Shown here piece by piece: positions 37,841-47,359 of a stretch of DNA of 64,000 nt. Below the pieces are notes generated by a model. That model saw only the letters and a program-made list of their open reading frames with translations. It did no database searches and was not told the origin of the DNA. The stretch's first letter is position 1. Every line of letters begins with the position of its first letter. The position numbers and the translations under genes are program-made. Source of the DNA: an uncultured bacterium (GTDB lineage Bacteria > CSSED10-310 > CAZUFC01); assembly GCA_964619725.1 (NCBI GenBank), contig CAZUFC010000004.1:32001-96000 (forward strand). The letters are read 5' to 3'.

Positions 37841-38887
37841 GTGCTTCAAATGAAGACTAATTATATGAAGGAAAATGTTCTTGAAAAGCTCCCCCTCGGT
37901 ATCATTATTTGTGAAAACGGCGGAAGAGTTTTATTCGCTAATGCCGAAGCGCGCCGGCTGTTTCAAAACAACGGTAGCGAAAATGCAGACGAACTTCCGT
38001 TTGAAATGACCAAAAAATCGCAACTCGCCAAATTGTTTCGCGCCGTTGATTCAAATTCGAATAATAAACGACGGACCATCGAATTCCTGAAAAATGATCG
38101 CTATCTGAAAGTGACAGTCGATCTGTTGAACGATGAAGATGCGGACCATTGTCACTTCCTTCTCATAATTCAGGATGTGACATATGTGAAAGAACTGGAG
38201 AATGTAAAGGCGGATTTCGTCCTCTCTACTCTCCATAAGTTAAGAACTCCCTTGACTACCGTAAAAACGGGCCTTGATTTTCTCCTTAAATCTCAGAATC
38301 TCTCCCTGACTGAACAGGTTAAAGAGATTATATCGATGTGCCGAACTGAAACCAATCGATTGACCTTTTTCCTGAATGACCTGCGGGACCTTTTCGTTAT
38401 AGAGAGCGATACGGCGAAAAAATACCTTTCTCCAGAACCGGTCGCAGTCAGACGAATCATTCAAAAAGCTTTAGCTGCCGTCAAACCCCTTATCCTGGAA
38501 AAAAAATTAGTCGTCAAAAACCAGGTTGAAGACTCAGGCGAATATATCACCGTGGATCGCGAAGCCGTCTATCGCGTCGTCGAAAATATCCTTCAAAACG
38601 CTGCCGTCTTCACTCGGGAATTCGGCATCATTACTTTGTCTCTTAATGATGAAGAATCTCATGTCAGATTGTCGATTGCTGATACAGGAATAGGAATTTC
38701 CAAGACCGAAATAAATAAAATCTTTGAAAAATTTTACAGAGTCGATAACGAGATTACCAGAAAAACGATCGGATACGGACTGGGTTTATACATCAGCAAA
38801 AAAATGATTGAATTGATGGACGGGAATATTTATGCCTACAGCGTTGCAGACAAAGGCTCACAGTTTGATCTGCTCTTGCCGAAATAA
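37841..38887 (+). CDS. PAS histidine kinase (PhoR/WalK-like core)
   Basis: PAS, variant H-box LHKLRTPL, NILQNA, DTGIGI, GYGLGL. GGAGG RBS before GTG. Confidence 0.88.
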   Translation: MLQMKTNYMKENVLEKLPLGIIICENGGRVLFANAEARRLFQNNGSENADELPFEMTKKSQLAKLFRAVDSNSNNKRRTIEFLKNDRYLKVTVDLLNDEDADHCHFLLIIQDVTYVKELENVKADFVLSTLHKLRTPLTTVKTGLDFLLKSQNLSLTEQVKEIISMCRTETNRLTFFLNDLRDLFVIESDTAKKYLSPEPVAVRRIIQKALAAVKPLILEKKLVVKNQVEDSGEYITVDREAVYRVVENILQNAAVFTREFGIITLSLNDEESHVRLSIADTGIGISKTEINKIFEKFYRVDNEITRKTIGYGLGLYISKKMIELMDGNIYAYSVADKGSQFDLLLPK

Positions 38888-38957
38888 CTACTTTCAGGCC
38901 TTTGTTTTTCATCCCCAACGCGTTACAAACCGAAACCGCAGGAACTAAAAAGCAACC

Positions 38958-39617
38958 CTAATCTTCTCCCATCTCTAAAAAAGGCCGGAAAGGCTGATAA
39001 CGCCGGCGTTCGATCCTCCTGTCTGTCATACTTCCGATTATGTCGATATATCTAAAAATCTCCCTGTTACGTCGCAACTCATACATTCCGGAAGAATGGA
39101 ACCATTCATAAGCCCTTTCCTTACTGGAAAATCGGCTTTGAAATTTGCCCGTCTTCAGAAAATCAATACTGACGTTTGTTCCGCTCTTTTTTACGTAATC
39201 TTCCAATTCCTCCAATTCGCTTCTATACTCTTCGGTATAAAGCACGCGCAACTCCATTCTTTCCTCAGAAGCCAAAAACAATCCTGCCCATATTACTCCT
39301 TCGCTTCCGATTCGCCTGCTTAATCCCTTCCCAAACTCTGACTGACTGATAATCAACGCCTTTAGCTCCCATAAATAACTGAATTTCTTATTCAATGAAA
39401 AATACTTCGTCTTTCCCTTCTTGCGCGAAACAAGCAATCCGGCGTCAACCAGTCGGTATATCTCCCGGCTCACATTTTGATAATCCTCTTCCGTCGCCCT
39501 GGACATCTCACGTAAATAAAAAGGCTTGCCGGGATTAAGGAAGAACATTTCCAATATTTTTAATCTTATCCTGGATGTGATTATTTTTGAAAGCGATTCA
39601 TAACCCATATTTTCCAC
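38958..39617 (-). CDS. Winged-HTH protein with degenerate nucleotidyltransferase-like C-terminal domain
   Basis: SRIRLKILEMFFLNP...FYLREMSR...VSREI.RL.DAGLL.S is typical of wHTH-MNT proteins. The GS and DxD motifs are absent. Confidence 0.7.
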   Translation of the reverse strand: MENMGYESLSKIITSRIRLKILEMFFLNPGKPFYLREMSRATEEDYQNVSREIYRLVDAGLLVSRKKGKTKYFSLNKKFSYLWELKALIISQSEFGKGLSRRIGSEGVIWAGLFLASEERMELRVLYTEEYRSELEELEDYVKKSGTNVSIDFLKTGKFQSRFSSKERAYEWFHSSGMYELRRNREIFRYIDIIGSMTDRRIERRRYQPFRPFLEMGED

Positions 39618-39648
39618 TCCATTCCACGACGTTTAAGCTTCATTAAGG

Positions 39649-39686
39649 ACGATACACGATTATCAGAGTAAGGTCAATGCCTTACT
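39649..39686 (-). promoter_or_regulatory. Promoter of the wHTH gene with an inverted repeat over the -35
   Basis: TTGACC-N17-TATCGT (39677-39649). IR AGTAAGG-N6-CCTTACT (39667-39686). Confidence 0.55.
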
Positions 39687-39834
39687 GACTCAAATGTTTG
39701 CAAAGGGTGATAAGGCCTTTTTTGAAGTTCAAAGCTCCTTTTTCAATTATGCGGTTCTCGGGCTGCACAGGTACGAAATCAGCGGGGGCAGCGCGAAAGT
39801 TCCGGCAAAGAGCTGTAAAAATATGAAAAAAAAT

Positions 39835-39863
39835 TTGACATTTTTTCAATAACAAATTATAAA
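39835..39863 (+). promoter_or_regulatory. Putative sigma70 promoter
   Basis: TTGACA-N17-TATAAA. Confidence 0.6.
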
Positions 39864-39908
39864 AAAAATGTTGAAGGAAAACCTTCGACCAAAGATGGAA
39901 GGAAAAAA

Positions 39909-40388
39909 ATGGCAAGCCTGACAATCGAAGCTGAGACGCTCGATATTTTATTGATTGAGGACGATGAAAACGATGTCCAGTTTTTAAAAAGGGCTCTCAG
40001 ATCAAGAGACATAAAAAACAGGATACGATCGGTTGCCGACGGGGAAGAGGCGTTGGATTATATTTTCCATCGCGGTCAGTATTCGGATGTGAATCTTTAT
40101 CCAATGCCCGGCCTTGTTTTGCTGGATTTGAACATACCCAAGTTAGACGGTGTCGATATCCTCCGCATTGTGAAGAAGGATTCTAGGCTGAAGACGATAC
40201 CGATCATAGTACTCAGCACTTCCAGCCAGAAGGAAGATATACGGAATTGTTACAAGGTGGGAGTCAACAGTTACGTGGTTAAACCAACGGATTTCGGCGA
40301 ATTCAAGAGGGTGATCGGTGATCTTGCGAATTACTGGTTATCGATGAATCGTCTTCCTGATATTTTCAGAAAGCAACTGGAAAACTGA
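39909..40388 (+). CDS. Single-domain response regulator, Rcp1-like
   Basis: LLIEDDEND, DGEEALDY, LLDLNIPKLDG, LSTS, GVNSYVVKP, YWL. Confidence 0.92.
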   Translation: MASLTIEAETLDILLIEDDENDVQFLKRALRSRDIKNRIRSVADGEEALDYIFHRGQYSDVNLYPMPGLVLLDLNIPKLDGVDILRIVKKDSRLKTIPIIVLSTSSQKEDIRNCYKVGVNSYVVKPTDFGEFKRVIGDLANYWLSMNRLPDIFRKQLEN

Positions 40389-40596
40389 AGATAAAGGAAG
40401 GCGGCCGTCGGAGCTGGTAAGCGGAGAAATTTTCAAATGTTCCCCTTTAATTTGCGGTGTCTGTGATAGGCTTAATCAACCGAATTTTAAGGGGAGATTT
40501 AAATTTTGAAGCGCCGAAAGGACAACAAGTTATTGAGCTTCAGAATTTGTTAAATAAGAAATAAAAGAAGAAAAACGTTAAGGATTGCGAGCGGTT

Positions 40597-41403
40597 ATGA
40601 GGAACAGCAAAGCGGGAGACGAACTGGATAAACTTCTTAAAGTTCTATACCGATTAAGGGGACCGCAGGGATGTCCGTGGGACAGAGCTCAGACTCGTGA
40701 ATCGCTGAGAGAGTATATTCTGGAAGAAGCCTACGAACTTTTTGATGCTGTAACAAAAGAGGACGAATCAAAAATCTGCGAAGAGCTGGGTGATTTATTG
40801 CTTCAGATATTGCTGCAGAGTGTAATAGCAGAAGAGATGATGAGTTTTTCGTTAGAAGATGTTGTTAAGAACCTGAAGTTGAAGCTGGTAAGGCGACATC
40901 CTCACGTTTTCAAAGGTGAGACGGCAGATACGGTGGAAGATGTTTTGAAAAAATGGGAGAAGGCGAAGAAGGAAGAAGGCGGCGAGGAAAGCGGCGCTGA
41001 TCCGTTATTCAGGGAATTGCCGGCGGTTATGCCTGCCTTGTTCAAAGCCTATAAAATACAAAAGAAAGCGGCTGGGATCGGATTTGAATGGACAGGGACG
41101 GAGGAGATACTGGCGAAAATCGATGAGGAGGTGGCGGAGGTTAAGCAGGCGCTTCTTTCTGGCGATGAAGAGGATATAAAAGAAGAACTGGGGGATTTGT
41201 TGTTTGCAGTAGTAAGTCTTGCCAGGTACAAAAATATTAATCCGGAGATTTCACTGACAGCTTCAAACCGGAAATTTATTCGTCGATTCAGGCGCATGGT
41301 GGAATTATCCGAGAATTCGGGTTCAGGATTAGAGGAGCTCACTGTCGCAGAGATGGATACTCTGTGGCAAAAATCGAAAGGTTCAAAAAAGGAACAAAAT
41401 TGA
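40597..41403 (+). CDS. mazG: Nucleoside triphosphate pyrophosphohydrolase MazG
   Basis: LRGPQGCPWDRAQT, EEAYE, EELGDLLLQ, RRHPHVF, and a second EELGDLLF domain. Confidence 0.95.
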   Translation: MRNSKAGDELDKLLKVLYRLRGPQGCPWDRAQTRESLREYILEEAYELFDAVTKEDESKICEELGDLLLQILLQSVIAEEMMSFSLEDVVKNLKLKLVRRHPHVFKGETADTVEDVLKKWEKAKKEEGGEESGADPLFRELPAVMPALFKAYKIQKKAAGIGFEWTGTEEILAKIDEEVAEVKQALLSGDEEDIKEELGDLLFAVVSLARYKNINPEISLTASNRKFIRRFRRMVELSENSGSGLEELTVAEMDTLWQKSKGSKKEQN

Positions 41404-41427
41404 AGGCTGTATGATCACCGGCGCCGG

Positions 41428-42660
41428 TTATCTATTTTTCAGTTTTATAACAGGTTCTTTAGGGTATTCGGTAAAATTTTCAGGCTGTCCGTTTTGGTCT
41501 ATCCATAAAACGTCTTCGAGTCGAATTCCCCAGCCTTTATCGGGATAATACAGTCCCGGTTCTACAGTGAAAAGATGCCCTTTCTGCAGTTTTTTTCGGT
41601 TTGCTACATGTATGCTGATCGCCGGACTTTCGTGTATTTCCAGTCCCAGCCCGTGTCCCAGAGAATGGCAATAACCCTGTGTCGCAGAGGGCTCCTGTCT
41701 GTAGGTCACATGATTGGCCGACTCGAAAATGTCGCAGGCTAAATTATCGAAATAGTTGAGAGGGCGACCCGTTTTCAGGGAGCTGATAACGGCTTCCTGA
41801 ACCTTCCTCACCGTCTCGTATGCCTCTAACAACCTCGGCTCTGCTTCATTCAGAAACACCGTCCGGGTCATATCAAAACAATATCCCGATTCCTTATCTC
41901 TCGTGAAAAAATCAAATACGATGCTTGATCCGGTTTTCAACCTGGAGTCCGAATCGCCCTGGTGGTGAGGTATGCCGGCTTCGCTGCCCTGAGAAAAAAT
42001 TACGCCTGATTCTTCCAGCAAATCCTGCCTTGTCATTTCAAGCGCTATCACTTTCTTCACCGCACCGATGGTTACCGGCTCCCCCCATTTCGTAACGGCA
42101 TGTCCATTCACAGCGCTCAGTGAGCTTAAATAATCGAATACGTTACTCATTACTTTTTGAGATCGTCGGCCGACATTTTTGATCCGGGCGGCTTCGGTTT
42201 CATCTTTAGTCTCCCGGACGCCGGCAATCAAATCATTTCCGAAATCGTTGACCAGTTCTATATCGGGGACTTCCTGCACTAATTTGGTCCATAGGAAGAA
42301 GAAGTTTTTGACCTCAGAGTTTCCATATATTCCGATCCGACCTTTCATATTGAAAAACTTAATGTATTGCTTTAATATTTCCACATTGCGTCTGAAAGGC
42401 TCGGGATATTTTTTTATGATATTATGGAGTTTGAGTTTTTTGATATTTACGAGATTCAGGCCGCTTTTTCTCGCTTCATCCCGATCCATATCGGTATAGA
42501 CCAGCCATGGTTTTTTTCCTTTTTGTTTTATGATGGCGGCTTTGAATAAAGTATAACGACCGTTCATGTATACGAAAGGCGGGTTGTAGAAACTTGAGCC
42601 TACGATCCAGAGGAAATTCATATTTCTTTTATCCATTTCGTTGTCTATTTCGTTTTTCAT
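41428..42660 (-). CDS. Xaa-Pro aminopeptidase family (M24)
   Basis: IPHH, GYCFDMTRT, HSLGHGLGLEIHESP, TVEPGLY, GIRLED. GGAGG RBS precedes ATG 42660. Confidence 0.92.
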   Translation of the reverse strand: MKNEIDNEMDKRNMNFLWIVGSSFYNPPFVYMNGRYTLFKAAIIKQKGKKPWLVYTDMDRDEARKSGLNLVNIKKLKLHNIIKKYPEPFRRNVEILKQYIKFFNMKGRIGIYGNSEVKNFFFLWTKLVQEVPDIELVNDFGNDLIAGVRETKDETEAARIKNVGRRSQKVMSNVFDYLSSLSAVNGHAVTKWGEPVTIGAVKKVIALEMTRQDLLEESGVIFSQGSEAGIPHHQGDSDSRLKTGSSIVFDFFTRDKESGYCFDMTRTVFLNEAEPRLLEAYETVRKVQEAVISSLKTGRPLNYFDNLACDIFESANHVTYRQEPSATQGYCHSLGHGLGLEIHESPAISIHVANRKKLQKGHLFTVEPGLYYPDKGWGIRLEDVLWIDQNGQPENFTEYPKEPVIKLKNR

Positions 42661-42990
42661 AGCGGACCTCCCAATCACGAAAAACGGACAGATGATATCA
42701 AACCTCAATTGATGCAACAAGGCGCGTATAAATCTGAAATTTTCATTTATAAAAGATACGCGTTAAGAAAGGCAGAGGTTTTAAATTCAGCAGGGGCGAA
42801 TAGTTCGCGGGGATCGAACGAATCCAGAATGGGAAATGAATCCCGGTCGGCGCTTCTGAAGTATCCTCTAAGAAGTAATAGGGTTCCTGTGTTTTTTTGG
42901 GGCCTTTAATCTAAGGAGATGATGAAGCGTTCATGGCGTTCTCAGGGGATGAAGCCAGAAATGTTCGGATGAATCAGAGCAATCGAAGGT

Positions 42991-43020
42991 TTGACTCACA
43001 GACCTGTTTGAAGCTATAAT
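42991..43020 (+). promoter_or_regulatory. Putative sigma70 promoter
   Basis: TTGACT-N18-TATAAT. Confidence 0.55.
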
Positions 43021-43072
43021 TGTTTGGGTTTTGCGTCGTCTCAGCATTTTTGTCCTGGAAGGAAGCTGGATT

Positions 43073-44473
43073 TTGAACGACAGAAGACGAAAAGGGAAAA
43101 GGCTGTATATTTATCCGAAAGTAACGACATTCATTATCGGGATTGTTGCATTATTGTTTTCCTACAGCGTACTGCTGCTTTTCATCACGCGGTTTCTCAT
43201 TCATCATACAGAGTTGCTCAAGCGTGCTCACATTCAATTAATCACGGAGAAACTGGATTTATATTTAGAGGCGGAAAATTACAACCTGCTTTTCTTTAGT
43301 TCTTTGATTTTATTTATAGTTTTGATGTTCGTCTATCTGATACGATCAGTGAGATTCATCAGGAAGTCGCATGAAGAATATTACGTCAATCTTGCGAACA
43401 AGGAGATTATTGAGTATTTAAGCGACGGAATACTGATTTTTGATTTAAAGGGACGGCTTATCCATTGCAATTTTCCTGCAAGCAGGTTTTTAGAGCTTGA
43501 GAATCAGGAAGACGAGAATCTGACGAACGGACATTATAAGCAATTATTTGGTGATGTAAGAGATTTAACGACGATAATAGAATCGGGTTTACTGAATCGT
43601 AAGCTTGTGAAAGAGCGCACGGTGAGGTTGGGGAGCGAGAAGGATTCAAAGGAACTGTTGGTTTCATCGTTTTTTCCGGAAAATGAGCAATCGTCATTAA
43701 TAGGTCTTGCTGTTTTGCTCCAGGACAGTGAGCGATTAAATCAGGTGAGTCAGCGTATAAGAAGGACGGAGAGGCTATCTGCTGTCGGGAGACTGTCATC
43801 GGAAATTGCGCATGAGATACGCAATCCTCTCAGCGCAATGGGGATGAATTTACAGCTTTTGCAGGAAAAGTTATCGAAGATTCTCGAAGACATGACGTAC
43901 GACAAAATCAGGAATCATCTGAATGTTTTGGATTATGAATTAAAGCGATTGACGAACTTTTTAGAATATTTTACTCATATATCGCGAAAGCGTCCATTGC
44001 GATTAAAATGGGTGGATATTCACAAGCTGACGGACGGGGTATTAAAACTGATAAAACCCAATGCCGGCGAAAACAATGTTGACATCAAGAAGACTTATGC
44101 GCCGGCCTTACCCGCGACGAGGTGCGATCCCGATCAGATACGCCAGGTGGTCTTAAATCTTATCAATAATGCTCTTTATGCTATGAGAGACGGGGGGACA
44201 TTAAGCATCAGCACGGAGCATAATATAAAGAAGGATACGGTAGAAATCCACATCAAGGACACCGGCGTGGGAATTAAGGCGTCAGAAATGGACAAAATAT
44301 TTGATTGGTATTACACGAGCAAATCCGGCGGAACAGGACTGGGACTGGGTATTGCTCATCAAATAATCACGCGACACAAGGGGACGCTGGACGTAAAAAG
44401 TCGAGTCAATGAAGGGACTCGCTTTGTTATTGAATTGCCAGTCGCCGGTCCCTGGAGGCAGATGGAGGAGTAA
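43073..44473 (+). CDS. Membrane-bound PAS histidine kinase (NtrB/AtoS-like)
   Basis: Two TM helices, PAS, IAHEIRNPL, NLINNA, DTGVGI, GGTGLGL. TTG 43073 follows GGAAGG (ORF open from 43031). Confidence 0.9.
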   Translation: MNDRRRKGKRLYIYPKVTTFIIGIVALLFSYSVLLLFITRFLIHHTELLKRAHIQLITEKLDLYLEAENYNLLFFSSLILFIVLMFVYLIRSVRFIRKSHEEYYVNLANKEIIEYLSDGILIFDLKGRLIHCNFPASRFLELENQEDENLTNGHYKQLFGDVRDLTTIIESGLLNRKLVKERTVRLGSEKDSKELLVSSFFPENEQSSLIGLAVLLQDSERLNQVSQRIRRTERLSAVGRLSSEIAHEIRNPLSAMGMNLQLLQEKLSKILEDMTYDKIRNHLNVLDYELKRLTNFLEYFTHISRKRPLRLKWVDIHKLTDGVLKLIKPNAGENNVDIKKTYAPALPATRCDPDQIRQVVLNLINNALYAMRDGGTLSISTEHNIKKDTVEIHIKDTGVGIKASEMDKIFDWYYTSKSGGTGLGLGIAHQIITRHKGTLDVKSRVNEGTRFVIELPVAGPWRQMEE

Positions 44474-44475
44474 TA

Positions 44476-45840
44476 ATGGGAGATGCCGACCGCGTATTAA
44501 TTATCGATAATGAAGAGAACATACGAACGGCTTTGAAGGAAGCTTTGGAGGAGGAGAATCTGGTAATTGATTCTGCCGAAAATGGAGAAACGGGTATCAA
44601 AAAAATTGAGACTGCGCCGGCCCCTTATAATGTAATCATCACAGATTTGAAAATGAAAGGCGTCGATGGCTTGAAGGTACTTGAATTTTCCAAAGATCAT
44701 TCTCCTTTGTCGGATGTTGTGCTCATAACCGCGTACGGGACGATAGAAACTGCCGTTAAGGCTTTGAAGTTAGGGGCTTATGATTATTTAACGAAACCTT
44801 TGGATTTGATTCACTTCAGAAATGTCGTTAAAAAAATCCTGGAAAAACAGAATTTGCTCCGTGAAAACGTTGAATTAAAGCAAATCCTCGACATTAAAAG
44901 CGGCGACGGACTGGTCGTCGGATCAAGTAAAAAGATCAGAGAAGTTTATGACATAGTCGATCAGGTGGCGGACACGGACGTTACGGTATTAATTGAGGGA
45001 GAGAGCGGAACGGGAAAGGATGTCGTAGCGAAAACGATCCACCGGCGAAGTTCCAGGCATGATAAGCCTTTTATAATAGTCAATTGCGGAGCTTTACCGG
45101 AAACGCTTCTTGAAAACGAATTATTCGGTCATGAAAAAGAGGCTTTTACAGGAGCTACAGGCATTAAAAAAGGACGTTTCGAGCTGGCGGACGGAGGCAC
45201 TTTATTTCTGGACGAAGTCTCTGAGATGGGGAAGAACAGCCAGATTGATTTTCTCAGGGTGCTGGAGGACGGAGTTATTCAGCGAATAGGAGGAACAACG
45301 CCGCTCAAAGTTGACGTAAGAGTAATTGCCGCTTCCAATAAACCTTTGACAGAGCTTTGCGAGCAGGACCTTTTTCGGGAAGACCTTTATTATCGTTTGA
45401 ACGTAGTATCTATTAACATGCCTTATTTGCGAGAGAGAAAAGAAGACATTCCTATCCTGGTGGAAGCTTTTCTGACGGAATTCGGCATAAAACACAAAAA
45501 AACAGATATTCAAGTTTCCGAGGAAACCATGAAACTGCTCACAGATTATCCCTGGCCCGGAAATGTCAGGGAATTGAAAAACTGTCTGGAAAGAGCCGTC
45601 ATATTGGGTAAAGGCAATGAAATACTAGCAAAACATTTTCCTCCATCTTTGCAGGAATTTTATTTTCCGAAGCATAAAATAGAAATCGAGGTCGGCGCAT
45701 CATTATCTGAAATTGAACAGGAAGTCATTTCAAAAACGTTGAAGGCTTTCAACGGACACAGAAGGAAAACGGCTGAGATTCTCGGCATCAGCTTACGTTC
45801 TCTTCAGTATAAGATTAAGGAATACAACCTTGAAGTATAA
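44476..45840 (+). CDS. Sigma54-dependent response regulator (NtrC/AtoC family)
   Basis: Receiver domain, GESGTGK, ELFGHEKEAFTGA, LFLDE, FREDLYYRL, WPGNVREL, Fis-type HTH. Confidence 0.95.
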   Translation: MGDADRVLIIDNEENIRTALKEALEEENLVIDSAENGETGIKKIETAPAPYNVIITDLKMKGVDGLKVLEFSKDHSPLSDVVLITAYGTIETAVKALKLGAYDYLTKPLDLIHFRNVVKKILEKQNLLRENVELKQILDIKSGDGLVVGSSKKIREVYDIVDQVADTDVTVLIEGESGTGKDVVAKTIHRRSSRHDKPFIIVNCGALPETLLENELFGHEKEAFTGATGIKKGRFELADGGTLFLDEVSEMGKNSQIDFLRVLEDGVIQRIGGTTPLKVDVRVIAASNKPLTELCEQDLFREDLYYRLNVVSINMPYLRERKEDIPILVEAFLTEFGIKHKKTDIQVSEETMKLLTDYPWPGNVRELKNCLERAVILGKGNEILAKHFPPSLQEFYFPKHKIEIEVGASLSEIEQEVISKTLKAFNGHRRKTAEILGISLRSLQYKIKEYNLEV

Positions 45841-45933
45841 GACGGAATTTGTTTCAGACTGATTTAATTTTCATTTTTGTCGATTCAGTGAAAATTACGG
45901 GATGGAGTCTATGCCGTTTCTTCGAGAAATGGA

Positions 45934-47286
45934 GTGATAGCAATCGATTTATTCGATAGACAGAAAAACATCGCCAAGATGAGAAATGCCCCTTTAGCGC
46001 ATCGAATGCGTCCTCGAAAGTTGAATGAAGTATTAGGGCAGAGTCATCTGACGGGAGAAGGCAAGCCGTTGTATCTGATGTGCCGAAAAAAGCGGCTGTT
46101 CTCTGTAATTTTCTGGGGTCCTCCGGGTACGGGGAAAACGACTCTGGCGCGGTTGACAGCATCGGCAGTAAAGGCTGAATTTTTTACATTAAGCGCAGTC
46201 GCTTCAGGAGTTGCCGATCTTCGTAAGGTCATCGCCAGGGCAGAGGACAACTTGGCTGCCGGAGGCAGGAGAACCGTTCTGTTCATCGATGAAATTCACC
46301 GTTACAATAAATCTCAACAAAGTCTTCTGTTGCCGAACGTTGAGGATGGAACGATTACTCTGATCGGCGCGACGACCGAGAATCCGGCATTCGAAGTAAT
46401 CGGTCCTCTTCTGTCAAGAATGAGGATATTTCGGACAAAAGCGCTGGATGAGGCAGATTTACGCAACCTATTAAAGAAGGCTTTAACAGACAATGAAAAC
46501 GGACTGGGCGCTTTTACTGTTCAGGCGGACAAAGCGTTTATTAAAGCGGTCGTAGACCGCTCTGCAGGCGACGCCAGGCAGGCTTTAAATTGCCTGGAGA
46601 CGGCGGCTCAGTTGAATGCTGATTATGGACAGGGGAAAATCCATTTGACCATTGAAGATTTTGATAATTCAAGCGGTATTGACCGACCGCTGTATGATAA
46701 GGGGGGAGCGGAACACTACCAGACTGCTTCTGCTTTCATTAAGAGCATCAGGGGTTCTGATCCTGACGCAGCTTTATTCTGGATGGCGAAGATGATAAAA
46801 GGCGGAGAAGACCCGAATTTTATCATGCGGCGATTGGTAATTGCAGCGGCTGAGGATATAGGAAATGCAGACCCTACAGCCTTGATACTGGCTTCTGCCG
46901 CTGCCCGGGCTGTCGAATTCGTCGGACTACCGGAAGCCGAGATCATTATGGCGCAGGCTGTAACCTATGCCGCCTGCGCTCCCAAAAGCAATTCATCGAT
47001 TGTCGCCGTAATGAAAGCCATGCAAGATGTTCAGAATGAATCCAACCCCCTGGAAGTCCCCGATCATTTAAAAGGGGGATATACGAAACTGGATAAAAAT
47101 CAGGGCTGGGGCATAAATTATAAATATCCTCATGATTTCGATCATGCATTCATCGAACAGCATTACTTCCCTGACGGCATGACGCCCAGAAAATATTACG
47201 AACCTTCCGACAGCGGTCATGAAGCAGGCTTTAAACGCAAATTAGAAAAAAACTGGAAAAATCGCAAACGCGCATCAAATGATTGA
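45934..47286 (+). CDS. rarA: Replication-associated recombination protein A
   Basis: PLAHRMRP, WGPPGTGKT, DEIHR, GATTENP, SAFIKSIRGSDPDA, EDIGNADP, PKSNS, YKYPH. Confidence 0.95.
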   Translation: MIAIDLFDRQKNIAKMRNAPLAHRMRPRKLNEVLGQSHLTGEGKPLYLMCRKKRLFSVIFWGPPGTGKTTLARLTASAVKAEFFTLSAVASGVADLRKVIARAEDNLAAGGRRTVLFIDEIHRYNKSQQSLLLPNVEDGTITLIGATTENPAFEVIGPLLSRMRIFRTKALDEADLRNLLKKALTDNENGLGAFTVQADKAFIKAVVDRSAGDARQALNCLETAAQLNADYGQGKIHLTIEDFDNSSGIDRPLYDKGGAEHYQTASAFIKSIRGSDPDAALFWMAKMIKGGEDPNFIMRRLVIAAAEDIGNADPTALILASAAARAVEFVGLPEAEIIMAQAVTYAACAPKSNSSIVAVMKAMQDVQNESNPLEVPDHLKGGYTKLDKNQGWGINYKYPHDFDHAFIEQHYFPDGMTPRKYYEPSDSGHEAGFKRKLEKNWKNRKRASND

Positions 47287-47359
47287 ATTCCCGCACAGGA
47301 TAAGCAAAAAAGCGTCGAAGCGTTTCCTTAAATTATGAAGCATCGGTTTTCTGGAAGAA

